Positions 9,450-18,115 of a stretch of 64,000 nucleotides of DNA are shown in pieces; within the stretch, counting starts at the first letter, position 1; the number at the start of each line of letters is the position of its first letter. The DNA is taken from the NCBI GenBank assembly GCA_039185015.1, contig JBCDAU010000012.1, positions 57,637-121,636 on the forward strand, read 5' to 3'. Made by a program: the position numbers and the translations under genes. The stretch is from Actinomycetota bacterium (GTDB taxonomy: Bacteria; Actinomycetota; Acidimicrobiia; Acidimicrobiales; Poriferisodalaceae). The notes beneath the pieces were generated by a model. It made no database searches and was not told the DNA's origin. It worked only from the letters and a program-made list of their open reading frames with translations.

Positions 9450-10610
9450 CTAGCGCTCGGCGTACACGGCAGTCTCGAGCTCCATGAACAGCTCGACGCT
9501 GCCGGGATCGGCGAACGGCAGGATCTGCGACAGGTACGCGCCACCGATGCCGTTGGTGCGGTCGATCCAGAAGTAGCTGTTGGCGAGACCGGCCCACATC
9601 AACGTCCCGGCCGGGCGACCCGTCGAGCCCGCCTGCTCGTGGATCTGGAACGTGAGCCCCCAGGACTTCTCCTCGCCCGGGAAGAGCTCGGCGTCGTTGG
9701 AGAACGGCGGCATCGCCGTCAGCAGCTCGTTCACCCGCAACGGACCGATGTGGTTGACCACCATGTCGGCCACGGTGTCGGTGCCGAGGACGCGGGTGCC
9801 GTCGAGCTCACCGTCGTTGAGGACCATCTGGATGAAGCGGCCGTAGTCGGTCATCGTGCCCTGCAGTCCGCCACCGCCCATCTCGAACTCCGGCGCCTCG
9901 GGAGCGGGCAGCTCCATCGGGGCGAAGCTGCCGTCGGGCATGCGGGCGTGCACGCCGCAGGCTCGCTCGAGCATCGACGGGGTGTGGGCGAAGGCCGTGT
10001 CGGCCATGCCGAGCGGACCGGTGAGGTGCTCGGCGAAGTACTCCCCGAGGGTCTGCCCGGTGACCGCCTCGATCATCAGGCCGGCCCAGTCGATGCCGAT
10101 GCCGTACTCCCATGCCGTGCCCGGGTCGAAGGCGAGCGGTGTGCGCAGTGCCTCCTTCTGGAGCGTGAAGAGCGAGAGCGCCCCGGTGGCCTCGCTCCAC
10201 CGCACCTGCCGCTCGTTCCAGATGTCGTAGACGAAGCCGGAGGTGTGCGTGAGCAGGTTCCGCAGCGTGATGTCACCGACGGCGGGTCGCAGGATCGGCT
10301 GGCCATCATCGTCGAGGCCGTCGAGCACCTGTGGATCGGCCAGCTCGGGCAGCACCTTCGACGCCGGAGCATCGAGCGAGAGGTGCCCCTGCTCGACCAG
10401 CTGCATCGCCGCCGCACCGGTGATGGCCTTGGTCATGGAGAAGATGGCCCCGACGGAGTCCGGCGTCATCGCGACGTCGCCGCCGATCGCTCGTGCGCCG
10501 GCCGCTCCCTCGTACGTCGCTCCGTCGCGGTCGACGACGACGAACGACGCTCCCGGTGCCGCTCCCCGCTCGATCCCCGCCGCGAGCACCTCGTCGAGAC
10601 GATCTTTCAT
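9450..10610 (-). CDS. serine hydrolase, beta-lactamase/transpeptidase fold (class C beta-lactamase / EstB-like esterase family)
   Basis: SxxK motif SMTK, plus YxN-like and HTSG motifs. 386 aa. Confidence 0.85.
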   Translation of the reverse strand: MKDRLDEVLAAGIERGAAPGASFVVVDRDGATYEGAAGARAIGGDVAMTPDSVGAIFSMTKAITGAAAMQLVEQGHLSLDAPASKVLPELADPQVLDGLDDDGQPILRPAVGDITLRNLLTHTSGFVYDIWNERQVRWSEATGALSLFTLQKEALRTPLAFDPGTAWEYGIGIDWAGLMIEAVTGQTLGEYFAEHLTGPLGMADTAFAHTPSMLERACGVHARMPDGSFAPMELPAPEAPEFEMGGGGLQGTMTDYGRFIQMVLNDGELDGTRVLGTDTVADMVVNHIGPLRVNELLTAMPPFSNDAELFPGEEKSWGLTFQIHEQAGSTGRPAGTLMWAGLANSYFWIDRTNGIGGAYLSQILPFADPGSVELFMELETAVYAER

Positions 10611-10752
10611 GGCTTCCCCCTCGTGCCGCCGCGGAGCCTACGCGTGCCACCGATCCGGGCGCTCGGACGGCTGGTGCCGCACGCGCCTCGCCCGAGGCCG
10701 AGCCCGCGGGCGGGCTGTTCCGGCCATCCGCCGGCTCGGCCAGACTGCGGGC

Positions 10753-12633
10753 GTGCCTCGCACGCTCCTCGGTCCCGCCCACCCCTCGTTACCCACCGGG
10801 GTCGAGCTCGACGACGAGGGTGACCGTCTCGTCCTCCGCGCCACGGAGCCAGCGACCGACCTCGCGAGCGGAGTGTTCGCCTCGCCCGGCGCCCACGTCG
10901 CCTTCCGCGTCGACGAGCTCGCCGGTGGGCCGGTCGAAGCGCTCGGCTTCGCGTTCACCCAGTTCGCCATGCCGGTGCGCACCGTCCTCCCGGCTCCGTT
11001 CGAGTTCGCGCCGTCGTCGGCCCTCGCGTCGCCGCCGGCGGTGGTGCCGCTCCTGCTCCGCGCCGGCGGCACGGTGACGCTGCTCGCGCCGCTCGACCAC
11101 GTCCACGATCACGTGATCGGGGTCGTCCAGGACGAGCGGCACGTCACGGAGCTGCGCTGGGGCTGGCACGGTGACCTGGACGAGGTGCCCGACGGGTACG
11201 CCACAACCCTCGGCATCTACGAGGGCGGCTCGGTCGCCGAGGTCCTGACCCGCTGGGGCGCCGAGCTCCAGGAGGCCGCCGGTACCCGGCGGCTCGGTCG
11301 CGCCGACTCGCCCCTCACCGAGCAGCTCTCCTACTGGACCGACAACGGGGCGGCCTATTGGTACCGCACGGAGCCGGGGCTCGATCTGCCGACGACGCTC
11401 GAACGCAAGCTCGACGAGCTCCGGTCGGCGGGCGTCCCGATCGGCGCCGTCGAGCTCGACTCGTGGTTCTACCCGCACGAGACCAGCCGGCCCGTTCTCG
11501 AGGTCGGCTACACCGAACAGGTCCCGCCCACCGGGATGCTCGAGTGGACCGCTCGGTCCGACGTGCTCCCCGACGGGGTGGACGGCCTCGCCGACCGCCT
11601 GGGTCGCCCGCCGCTCGTGCTGCACAGCCGCCACATCTCGACCGCCTCGCCGTACCTGGACGAGGGCGAGTGGTGGACCGAGCTCGCAGCGCAACCGGTG
11701 GACCCGCGGTTCTTCGCCCGCTGGTTCGACGACGCGGCGAGCTGGGGAGCGACCTGCATCGAGCAGGACTGGCTCCTCTTGTACTGGTGGGGCACGGCCG
11801 AGCTCCGACGGATCCCCGGACGGGTCCGCGAGTGGCAGACCACCCTCGATCGACTCGCCGCCGAGCGCGACCAGACGCTGCTGTGGTGCATGGCCACACC
11901 CGCCGACCTCATCGCCACCGTCGAGCTCGGCCGCATCGTCGCCGTCCGCACCAGCGACGACTACCGGTACGCCGACGATCCCGCCTTCCTCTGGCAGTGG
12001 TACCTGGCGGTGAACGCGCTCGCATCCGCGCTCGGCCTCGCGACGTTCAAGGACTGCTCCTTCACCGCCGGGCTGGAGCCGGGTGACGAGGTGATCGACG
12101 GTGACCCGTACCCCGAGGTCGAGGCCGTGCTGCAGGCGCTCTCGGCCGGTGTCGTCGGCATCGGCGATCGGATCGGTCGGACCGACGCCGACGTGGTCGG
12201 ACGACTCCTCCGACCCGACGGCACCCTCGCCACGTCCGACACGCCGGTCACCGTCCACGAACGCTCGGCGTTCCGCCCGTGGGACGCCGACGGCGAGCTG
12301 ACGTGGGCGACCGCCTGGTGCGGCGCCCATCACTACGTGCTCGCACTCCACGCCGCGGCGACCGACGCCCCGATCAGCGACGGACTCGACCTCGACGGCG
12401 AGTGGCTCGTCTACGACTGGCGCTCCGGGACGGCGAGGCCCAGCGGACGTGTCGACGCCGAGCTCGATCATCGCGGCTGGGCCCTGTTCGTCTGCTGCCC
12501 GCTCTCCGGTGCGACCCCCGACCGGTCGGCCGTCGTCGGCGACCCGGACCGCTACGTCACGATGTCGGGCGTCGTCGGCGACGAGCCCGGACTGCTGCGG
12601 TGGACCGAGGGCACCGGCCTCACCCGCTCCTGA
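10753..12633 (+). CDS. hypothetical protein (~626 aa), possibly glycoside-hydrolase-like; function unknown
   Basis: Long ORF with good codon bias (high GC3). The start is uncertain: GTG 10753 is the first in-frame start after the divergent hydrolase gene. The track ORF from 10243 would overlap that gene. Confidence 0.5.
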   Translation: MPRTLLGPAHPSLPTGVELDDEGDRLVLRATEPATDLASGVFASPGAHVAFRVDELAGGPVEALGFAFTQFAMPVRTVLPAPFEFAPSSALASPPAVVPLLLRAGGTVTLLAPLDHVHDHVIGVVQDERHVTELRWGWHGDLDEVPDGYATTLGIYEGGSVAEVLTRWGAELQEAAGTRRLGRADSPLTEQLSYWTDNGAAYWYRTEPGLDLPTTLERKLDELRSAGVPIGAVELDSWFYPHETSRPVLEVGYTEQVPPTGMLEWTARSDVLPDGVDGLADRLGRPPLVLHSRHISTASPYLDEGEWWTELAAQPVDPRFFARWFDDAASWGATCIEQDWLLLYWWGTAELRRIPGRVREWQTTLDRLAAERDQTLLWCMATPADLIATVELGRIVAVRTSDDYRYADDPAFLWQWYLAVNALASALGLATFKDCSFTAGLEPGDEVIDGDPYPEVEAVLQALSAGVVGIGDRIGRTDADVVGRLLRPDGTLATSDTPVTVHERSAFRPWDADGELTWATAWCGAHHYVLALHAAATDAPISDGLDLDGEWLVYDWRSGTARPSGRVDAELDHRGWALFVCCPLSGATPDRSAVVGDPDRYVTMSGVVGDEPGLLRWTEGTGLTRS

Positions 12634-13003
12634 GCCGGGGCTCCCGTCCCAGGAGTCGGTGCAAGACGCCACGGCGCGGCGGAGCGCTCGCGTCCCTGAT
12701 GGCCGTGCGGAGGCCGGCCGCGGGTGTCGCTCCGACGAACCGATCGACGAGCTGCCCCTCACGGAAGACCAACAGCGTCGGCACCGACATCACCCGGTAC
12801 CGCTCGCCGAGCTCGCGCTGCTCGTCCACGTTGACCTTGGCCACGAGGACGCCGTCGTCCCGGTGCTCGGCGGCGACGCGCTCGAGGTCGGGGGCCATCG
12901 TCCGGCACGGCCCGCACCACGGAGCCCAGAAGTCGACGATCGCCACGTCGGCGTCGGCGACAGCGGTGTCGAAGTCGGACTCGGTCAGGGGTCGTGCAGC
13001 CAT
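12620..13003 (-). CDS. thioredoxin
   Basis: WCGPC active site within FWAPWCGPCRTMAP. 127 aa. Confidence 0.85.
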   Translation of the reverse strand: MAARPLTESDFDTAVADADVAIVDFWAPWCGPCRTMAPDLERVAAEHRDDGVLVAKVNVDEQRELGERYRVMSVPTLLVFREGQLVDRFVGATPAAGLRTAIRDASAPPRRGVLHRLLGREPRLRSG

Positions 13004-13039
13004 CGGGTGACGGAACCCGCCTCCGCCGCCGACGATTCC

Positions 13040-13411
13040 TCAGGTCGCAGCCCAGGGGCCGTCGACCGGCACCGCCTCGTCGTCGCCGGGCCAGACGGGG
13101 CTCGTCGTCCCGACGATCTCGAGTGGCTCGTCACCGTCGCAGCGGAACTGGAACGACGTCCCGACCGGGATGTCGAGACAGCGCTTCGGCACCAGCTCGA
13201 CAACCTCCTCACCGTCCTCGTCCCGGCGCCACATGCGTCCGCGTCCCGCGAGCACGAACCACACCTCGTCGACGCTGCGGTGCCGGACGGCGGCGGCCAC
13301 GGCGCCCGGGCCGAGCTCGAAGTGGGCCACCGACGCACCACGAGCGGCGAGCAACACCCGCACGTCACTGCCGTCGGGGGCTGCGACCGTCGGCTCGTCG
13401 GGCAGGTCCAT
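13040..13411 (-). CDS. cupin-domain protein
   Basis: MDLPDEPTVAAPDGSDVRVLLAARGASVAHFELGPGAVAAAVRHRSVDEVWFVLAGRGRMW... The upstream part of the track ORF is antisense to the Rieske gene and was trimmed. Confidence 0.6.
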   Translation of the reverse strand: MDLPDEPTVAAPDGSDVRVLLAARGASVAHFELGPGAVAAAVRHRSVDEVWFVLAGRGRMWRRDEDGEEVVELVPKRCLDIPVGTSFQFRCDGDEPLEIVGTTSPVWPGDDEAVPVDGPWAAT

Positions 13412-13513
13412 CGTCGAGAAGCTCACCCCGCCAGCATGGCCCGAGGCGGCGCCCGTCCCGTATCGACTCCGTCGGGGAACGTGCCCGGCGACGGGTACCG
13501 ACGAGGGGACGCC

Positions 13514-14866
13514 ATGACCGACCTGGCCGACGCCGATCTGGAACACCTGCGTGGCGGGATCGACCGCACGAAGGCACCCGAGCCGGAGCTCACGTCCAAC
13601 CCGATCACGGGCGATCGCTACTGGTCGAAGGACTTCCACCAGCAGGAGTGGGACCACCTCTGGACCAAGGTCTGGCTCATCGCCGGCATGGTCGATCAGC
13701 TCCGGAAGCCGGGCGACTTCTTCACCTACCAGCTCGGCCGCGAGTCGATCCTGTGCACCCGGGGCGACGACCTGCGGATCCGCGCCTTCTACAACGTGTG
13801 CCAGCACCGTGGGAACCAACTCGTGCACGCCGAGTCGGGGTCAGCCGCAAGTGGACAGTTCCAGTGCGCCTACCACGGGTGGCGCTTCGGCGGAGACGGC
13901 ACGCTGCTGTGGGTCCACGACGAGGAGGACTTCCCGCAGGGCACACCGTGCGGTCAGCGCAACCTGGTCGAGATCCCGTGCGACACCTGGGGCGGGTTCG
14001 TCTGGATCAACCTCGACGAGGGGTGCGACTCGCTCGCCGACTACCTCGACCCCGTCGCCGGGCAGCTCGACTGCTACCGGATGGAGCGCATGAAGCGCAC
14101 CCACTGGGTCACCCTCGAGGGTGACTTCAACTGGAAGTGCGTGCAGGACAACTTCAACGAGAGCTACCACCTGCCCTTCGTCCACCCGCAGACCCTGCCG
14201 GTGATGAACGAGCACCACACCGGCTGCCAGTTCGACCTCTACCCGAGCGGCCACTGCCGGATGTTCATGCCGGGCGCCGGTCCCGGCCCGCACTACCGAG
14301 GCAAGGCCGACCGCACCTTCCAGAGCATGAAGCAGGAGCTCCAGTTCTGGGAGCTCGACCCCGAGCCGTACCGGGAGGACCTCCCCGGCCTGCGCCTCGC
14401 CCTGCAGCAGAAGAAGCGGGAGCTCGGCGCCTCGAAGGGCTACGACTTCTCGTTCTACTCCGACGAGCAGCTCACCGATCACTACCACTACACGGTCTTC
14501 CCGAACGTCTCGTTCAGCATGAAGCCGGATGGGTGCATCTTCCTCAAGGCCGACCCGCATCCCACCGACCCCGAGCGGTGCCTGTTCCACATGTGGTACC
14601 TGACCCTGTTCCCGGAGGGGTCGACGGAGTACTACTCGAACTCGATGCGCGACTGGGTCTCGGTCGACCACCAGGTCGAGCACCAGACCGGGGCCGTCGG
14701 CGAGGTCTCCTGCGGCCCGGGCATCGACCAGGACGTCGCCATCTGGTCCTCGCAACAGGCCGGGCTCCGGTCCCGGGGCTACCGGGGCGAGTACCTGCCG
14801 TGGCAGGAGCGACGCATCCGGTACTTCCACGACAACATCGACCGCCACCTCGCGGCCGGTTCGTGA
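13514..14866 (+). CDS. Rieske [2Fe-2S] aromatic-ring-hydroxylating oxygenase, alpha (catalytic) subunit
   Basis: RBS aggggac. Rieske motifs CQHRGNQL...CAYHGWRF. Mononuclear-iron region ...NESYHLPFVHPQT... 450 aa. Confidence 0.85.
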   Translation: MTDLADADLEHLRGGIDRTKAPEPELTSNPITGDRYWSKDFHQQEWDHLWTKVWLIAGMVDQLRKPGDFFTYQLGRESILCTRGDDLRIRAFYNVCQHRGNQLVHAESGSAASGQFQCAYHGWRFGGDGTLLWVHDEEDFPQGTPCGQRNLVEIPCDTWGGFVWINLDEGCDSLADYLDPVAGQLDCYRMERMKRTHWVTLEGDFNWKCVQDNFNESYHLPFVHPQTLPVMNEHHTGCQFDLYPSGHCRMFMPGAGPGPHYRGKADRTFQSMKQELQFWELDPEPYREDLPGLRLALQQKKRELGASKGYDFSFYSDEQLTDHYHYTVFPNVSFSMKPDGCIFLKADPHPTDPERCLFHMWYLTLFPEGSTEYYSNSMRDWVSVDHQVEHQTGAVGEVSCGPGIDQDVAIWSSQQAGLRSRGYRGEYLPWQERRIRYFHDNIDRHLAAGS

Positions 14867-14917
14867 GCCGCACGGCGCAGGCGACCGCCCGCCCGCTGGC
14901 GACCGCCCGAGCATGAC

Positions 14918-15286
14918 ATGAGCGACGAGGTCGACCTCGGAGACCTGTCCACGCTCGCCGACGGCGAGATGCGGGCGTGCGAGGCGGGCGGCGTCGAGCT
15001 GCTGGTGTGCCGGGTGCAGGGGGAGCTGTTCGCGCTCGAGGACGTCTGCAGCCACGCCGACACGCCGCTCAGCGAGGGCACGCTGTCCGGTCACCTCGTC
15101 GCCTGCCCGCTGCACGCCGCGCAGTTCGACGTGCGCGACGGCTCCCACACGGGCCCGCCGGCCTACACCGGCGTGCGCTGCTTCGACGTCAGCGAGGGAC
15201 CGGCCGGTGCTCGCATCGACCTGTCCTCGGGCGCCGACGACGGCGACGACGACGGCCCTCCATCGGGGTACTTCCAGACCCGTTGA
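14918..15286 (+). CDS. Rieske-type ferredoxin component
   Basis: CSHADTPL...CPLHAAQF (CxH...CxxH). 122 aa. Immediately downstream of the oxygenase. Confidence 0.8.
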   Translation: MSDEVDLGDLSTLADGEMRACEAGGVELLVCRVQGELFALEDVCSHADTPLSEGTLSGHLVACPLHAAQFDVRDGSHTGPPAYTGVRCFDVSEGPAGARIDLSSGADDGDDDGPPSGYFQTR

Positions 15287-15332
15287 CCCGTCGTGGCGCC
15301 GCGAGCGCTCCAGCAGTGACATCCTCGGGTGC

Positions 15333-16178
15333 ATGGCAGTGGACGACGAGCACGATCTCGTGGACTGGCCGAGGCCGGCGGGACCGGAGCACTACCGCTC
15401 CGATGGCCGACTGAAGAAGGACTTCTACGAGCAGGAGATGGCCCGCCTGCAAGAGGAGCTCGTCAAGCTCCAGTACTGGGTGCAGCGCGAGGGACTGCGC
15501 GTCCTCGTGATCTTCGAGGGCCGCGGCTCAGCCGGCAAGGGCGGCGTCATCAAGCGCATCAGCGAGCGCACCAGCCCTCGCATCGTGCGGACCGAGGCGC
15601 TCCCGAAGCCGACCGAGCGCGAGCAGACGCAGTGGTACTTCCAGCGCTACGTGCCCCTGCTCCCCTCCGGCGGCGAGATCGTCCTGTTCGACCGCAGTTG
15701 GTACAACCGTTCGAACGTCGAGTGGGTCATGGGCTTCTGCACCGAGGAGCAGCACCAGGAGTTCCTGCGGACCTGTCCCGAGTTCGAGCGGATGCTCGTC
15801 CGCTCCGGGATCATCGTGCTCAAGTACTGGTTCTCGGTCAGCTACGAGGAGCAGAAGCGGCGGTTCACCGCCCGCAACGAGGAGCCGCTCAAGCGGTGGA
15901 AGCTGTCCGACATGGACCTCGAGGAGCATCGCCTCTACGTGCGCTACTCGATGGCCAAGGACACGACCTTCCAGCACACCGACATCAAGCAGGCGCCCTG
16001 GTACGTCGTGCCGTCCGACGACAAGCGGCGTGCGCGGCTCAACTGCATCAGCCACCTCCTCGCCAACATCCCGTACGAGGACGTGGTGCCGGACCCGGTC
16101 GACATCCCCGATCGCGAGGACGAGCCCTACATCCGTCCCCCGCAGTCCGATCAGACCCTGGTCGACCAGCTCTACTGA
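15333..16178 (+). CDS. ppk2: polyphosphate kinase 2 (PPK2 family, single-domain)
   Basis: Walker A-like FEGRGSAGKGG. ...FDRSWYNR.... PPK2 C-terminal region ...KQAPWYVVPSDDKRRARLN. Confidence 0.85.
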   Translation: MAVDDEHDLVDWPRPAGPEHYRSDGRLKKDFYEQEMARLQEELVKLQYWVQREGLRVLVIFEGRGSAGKGGVIKRISERTSPRIVRTEALPKPTEREQTQWYFQRYVPLLPSGGEIVLFDRSWYNRSNVEWVMGFCTEEQHQEFLRTCPEFERMLVRSGIIVLKYWFSVSYEEQKRRFTARNEEPLKRWKLSDMDLEEHRLYVRYSMAKDTTFQHTDIKQAPWYVVPSDDKRRARLNCISHLLANIPYEDVVPDPVDIPDREDEPYIRPPQSDQTLVDQLY

Positions 16179-16186
16179 GTTGCCGT

Positions 16187-16708
16187 CTACGGCCGGGGCA
16201 TGATCGCCGGGTCGCCGGGGCGGTACAGCTCGTGGGCCCGACGCCAGCTCGCGAAGGCGGCGAGGATGTGCTTCGGATCGCCGTGGATCTCGGTGAAGCA
16301 CCCGTTGACCGAACGGGTGTCGAAGTAGGAGGCGTTGACCCCGTCGGCGTACAGCTCGCACGCCGCGTCGAAGCCCTGGTCGAGCAGGCGCTGCCGCTCG
16401 TCCTCGAAGTCGTGCACGAGCACGCCGACGTGGTGGAAGCCCTCCTGACCGGCGGCGAACATGTCGCGATAGATCGACGGCGTGTCGTCGTGCTGGACGA
16501 TGAACTGGATCATCAGGTCGCCGAGGTAGCCGAACGCATAGGAGACGTCGGCCTCCTGGTCGGTCCCCCGGTAGCTGAAGGTGTCGGTCGTGTGGTGCTC
16601 GGTCACCACGAACGGTCCGGCACCGAAGAGCCGGTTCCATCCGTCGATGGCCTTCTCGAGGTCGTTGACCAGGTAGGCGTGCTGGAACAGCGGGTACGTC
16701 GTGAGCAT
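16187..16708 (-). CDS. VOC (glyoxalase/bleomycin-resistance/dioxygenase) family protein
   Basis: ATG at 16708 preceded by ggagggg. Paired beta-alpha-beta-beta-beta modules, including GFHHVGVLVHDFE. Confidence 0.65.
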   Translation of the reverse strand: MLTTYPLFQHAYLVNDLEKAIDGWNRLFGAGPFVVTEHHTTDTFSYRGTDQEADVSYAFGYLGDLMIQFIVQHDDTPSIYRDMFAAGQEGFHHVGVLVHDFEDERQRLLDQGFDAACELYADGVNASYFDTRSVNGCFTEIHGDPKHILAAFASWRRAHELYRPGDPAIMPRP

Positions 16709-16746
16709 CTCGGATCCCCTCCTCACGTGGAACCTAGCCTTCGCCC

Positions 16747-18081
16747 ATGGCACGGGTGTTCTTGTCGTATCGCCGGGCCGACGGGCCCTACGCCGTCGGC
16801 TGGATCTCCGAACGACTCGCCCGCCTGGACGAGGTGACCGAGGTCCGCACCGCCTACTACGACACCGAGCTCCGTGCCGGCGACTCGTTCCCCGACGCGC
16901 TCGACGCCGCCGTCGACGGGTGCGACGTCCTGCTCGCCGTCATCGGACCGGAGTGGGCCGGGCATCGGGCGGACGGCTCCTCGCGCATCTGCGAGCCCGA
17001 CGACTGGGTCGCACGAGAGATCGGCGCGGCGCTCTCGCGCGAGGTCGTCGTGCTCCCGGTGCTCGTCGATGGGGCTGCTCCGCTCTCCGCGTCGATGCTC
17101 CCCGCAGCGTTGGTGCCGTTGGTCGACAAGCACGCGCTCCGCTTCGACGGCACCGACGAGCTGGACACGATCGCCACCCACCTGCGGTCCCACCTCGACG
17201 AGATCGATCGGGGTCGTGCGGCGCGGCGAGGCCTCCTCGAGCCGGTGTCGCCGCCGTCGATGCTGCCCCGACGCCGAGCCCTCGCCGAGGCCGGAGCCGC
17301 TGCGCTCGTCGCTGGCCTCGTCGCCTGGTTCGTCTTCTCGTGGTTCGCCTCGGGCATCGATGCGGCCGACGCCGACCTCGACGGCTGGGTCACCGCCACC
17401 ACCCTGCTGTGGTCGCTGTCGGCTGCGCTGGGGGTGCTGGGAGCCGGGGCCGCTCGCCGCTACTTCCGCGACGGCGTGCGGATCCGGTGGCCACCGATCA
17501 TCACGGCGGCGGTGGCGACCTCCGCCGTGCTCGTGTGGACGGGACTCCAACCGAGCGCCGACCGGGATGCGCGGCTCGAGGTCGGCCAGTGGCTCGGCTC
17601 GGCCGGCGGTGTCGTGCTCGCCTCGCCGTGGGTCCTGACGCTCGCCGGCTCGGCGTGGACGACCATCACGGCCGACGAGCGCGACCTCGGAGCCCGCGCG
17701 GGCGTCATCGCTCGGCTCGGCCAGGCCTCGCTGGTGTCGGCCGCCGCCCTCGCGGTCGCCGCCTCGGCCGGCATCATCACGACGGCATTCGCCGGTGCGC
17801 TCGCGGAACGGACCGGGTTCGGCGAGCAGCTGCGCCTCATCGGACAGGGCGCGCTCTTCGCCGGCCTGCTGGCGGTGGTGCTGGTCTGGAGCCGCACCCG
17901 GCTGGAGCGATCGTCGATCGAGCTGCGGACCGACCTCGCCACCGTGCCACCGGAGTACCGGCGCCACGCCGAGCCGGTCCTGCTCACCGAACCGCTCGAT
18001 CGACGGGCCCGCTGGATCGTGGTGGCGCTCGCGCTCCCCCTCGTCGCCGGAATCGTCGCCGCTGTCACGATCGCCACCTGA
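16747..18081 (+). CDS. TIR-domain protein fused to a C-terminal polytopic (about 7 TM) membrane domain
   Basis: N-terminus MARVFLSYRRADGPYAVGWISERLA is the FxSYRR.D TIR_2 signature. DDWVAREIG gives W-x3-E at the position of the TIR catalytic Glu. Residues ~175-440 form repeated 18-25-aa hydrophobic stretches. Confidence 0.8.
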   Translation: MARVFLSYRRADGPYAVGWISERLARLDEVTEVRTAYYDTELRAGDSFPDALDAAVDGCDVLLAVIGPEWAGHRADGSSRICEPDDWVAREIGAALSREVVVLPVLVDGAAPLSASMLPAALVPLVDKHALRFDGTDELDTIATHLRSHLDEIDRGRAARRGLLEPVSPPSMLPRRRALAEAGAAALVAGLVAWFVFSWFASGIDAADADLDGWVTATTLLWSLSAALGVLGAGAARRYFRDGVRIRWPPIITAAVATSAVLVWTGLQPSADRDARLEVGQWLGSAGGVVLASPWVLTLAGSAWTTITADERDLGARAGVIARLGQASLVSAAALAVAASAGIITTAFAGALAERTGFGEQLRLIGQGALFAGLLAVVLVWSRTRLERSSIELRTDLATVPPEYRRHAEPVLLTEPLDRRARWIVVALALPLVAGIVAAVTIAT

Positions 18082-18115
18082 TCGCTGCCACACCCCGGGC
18101 GTAGCGTGCTCGAAC

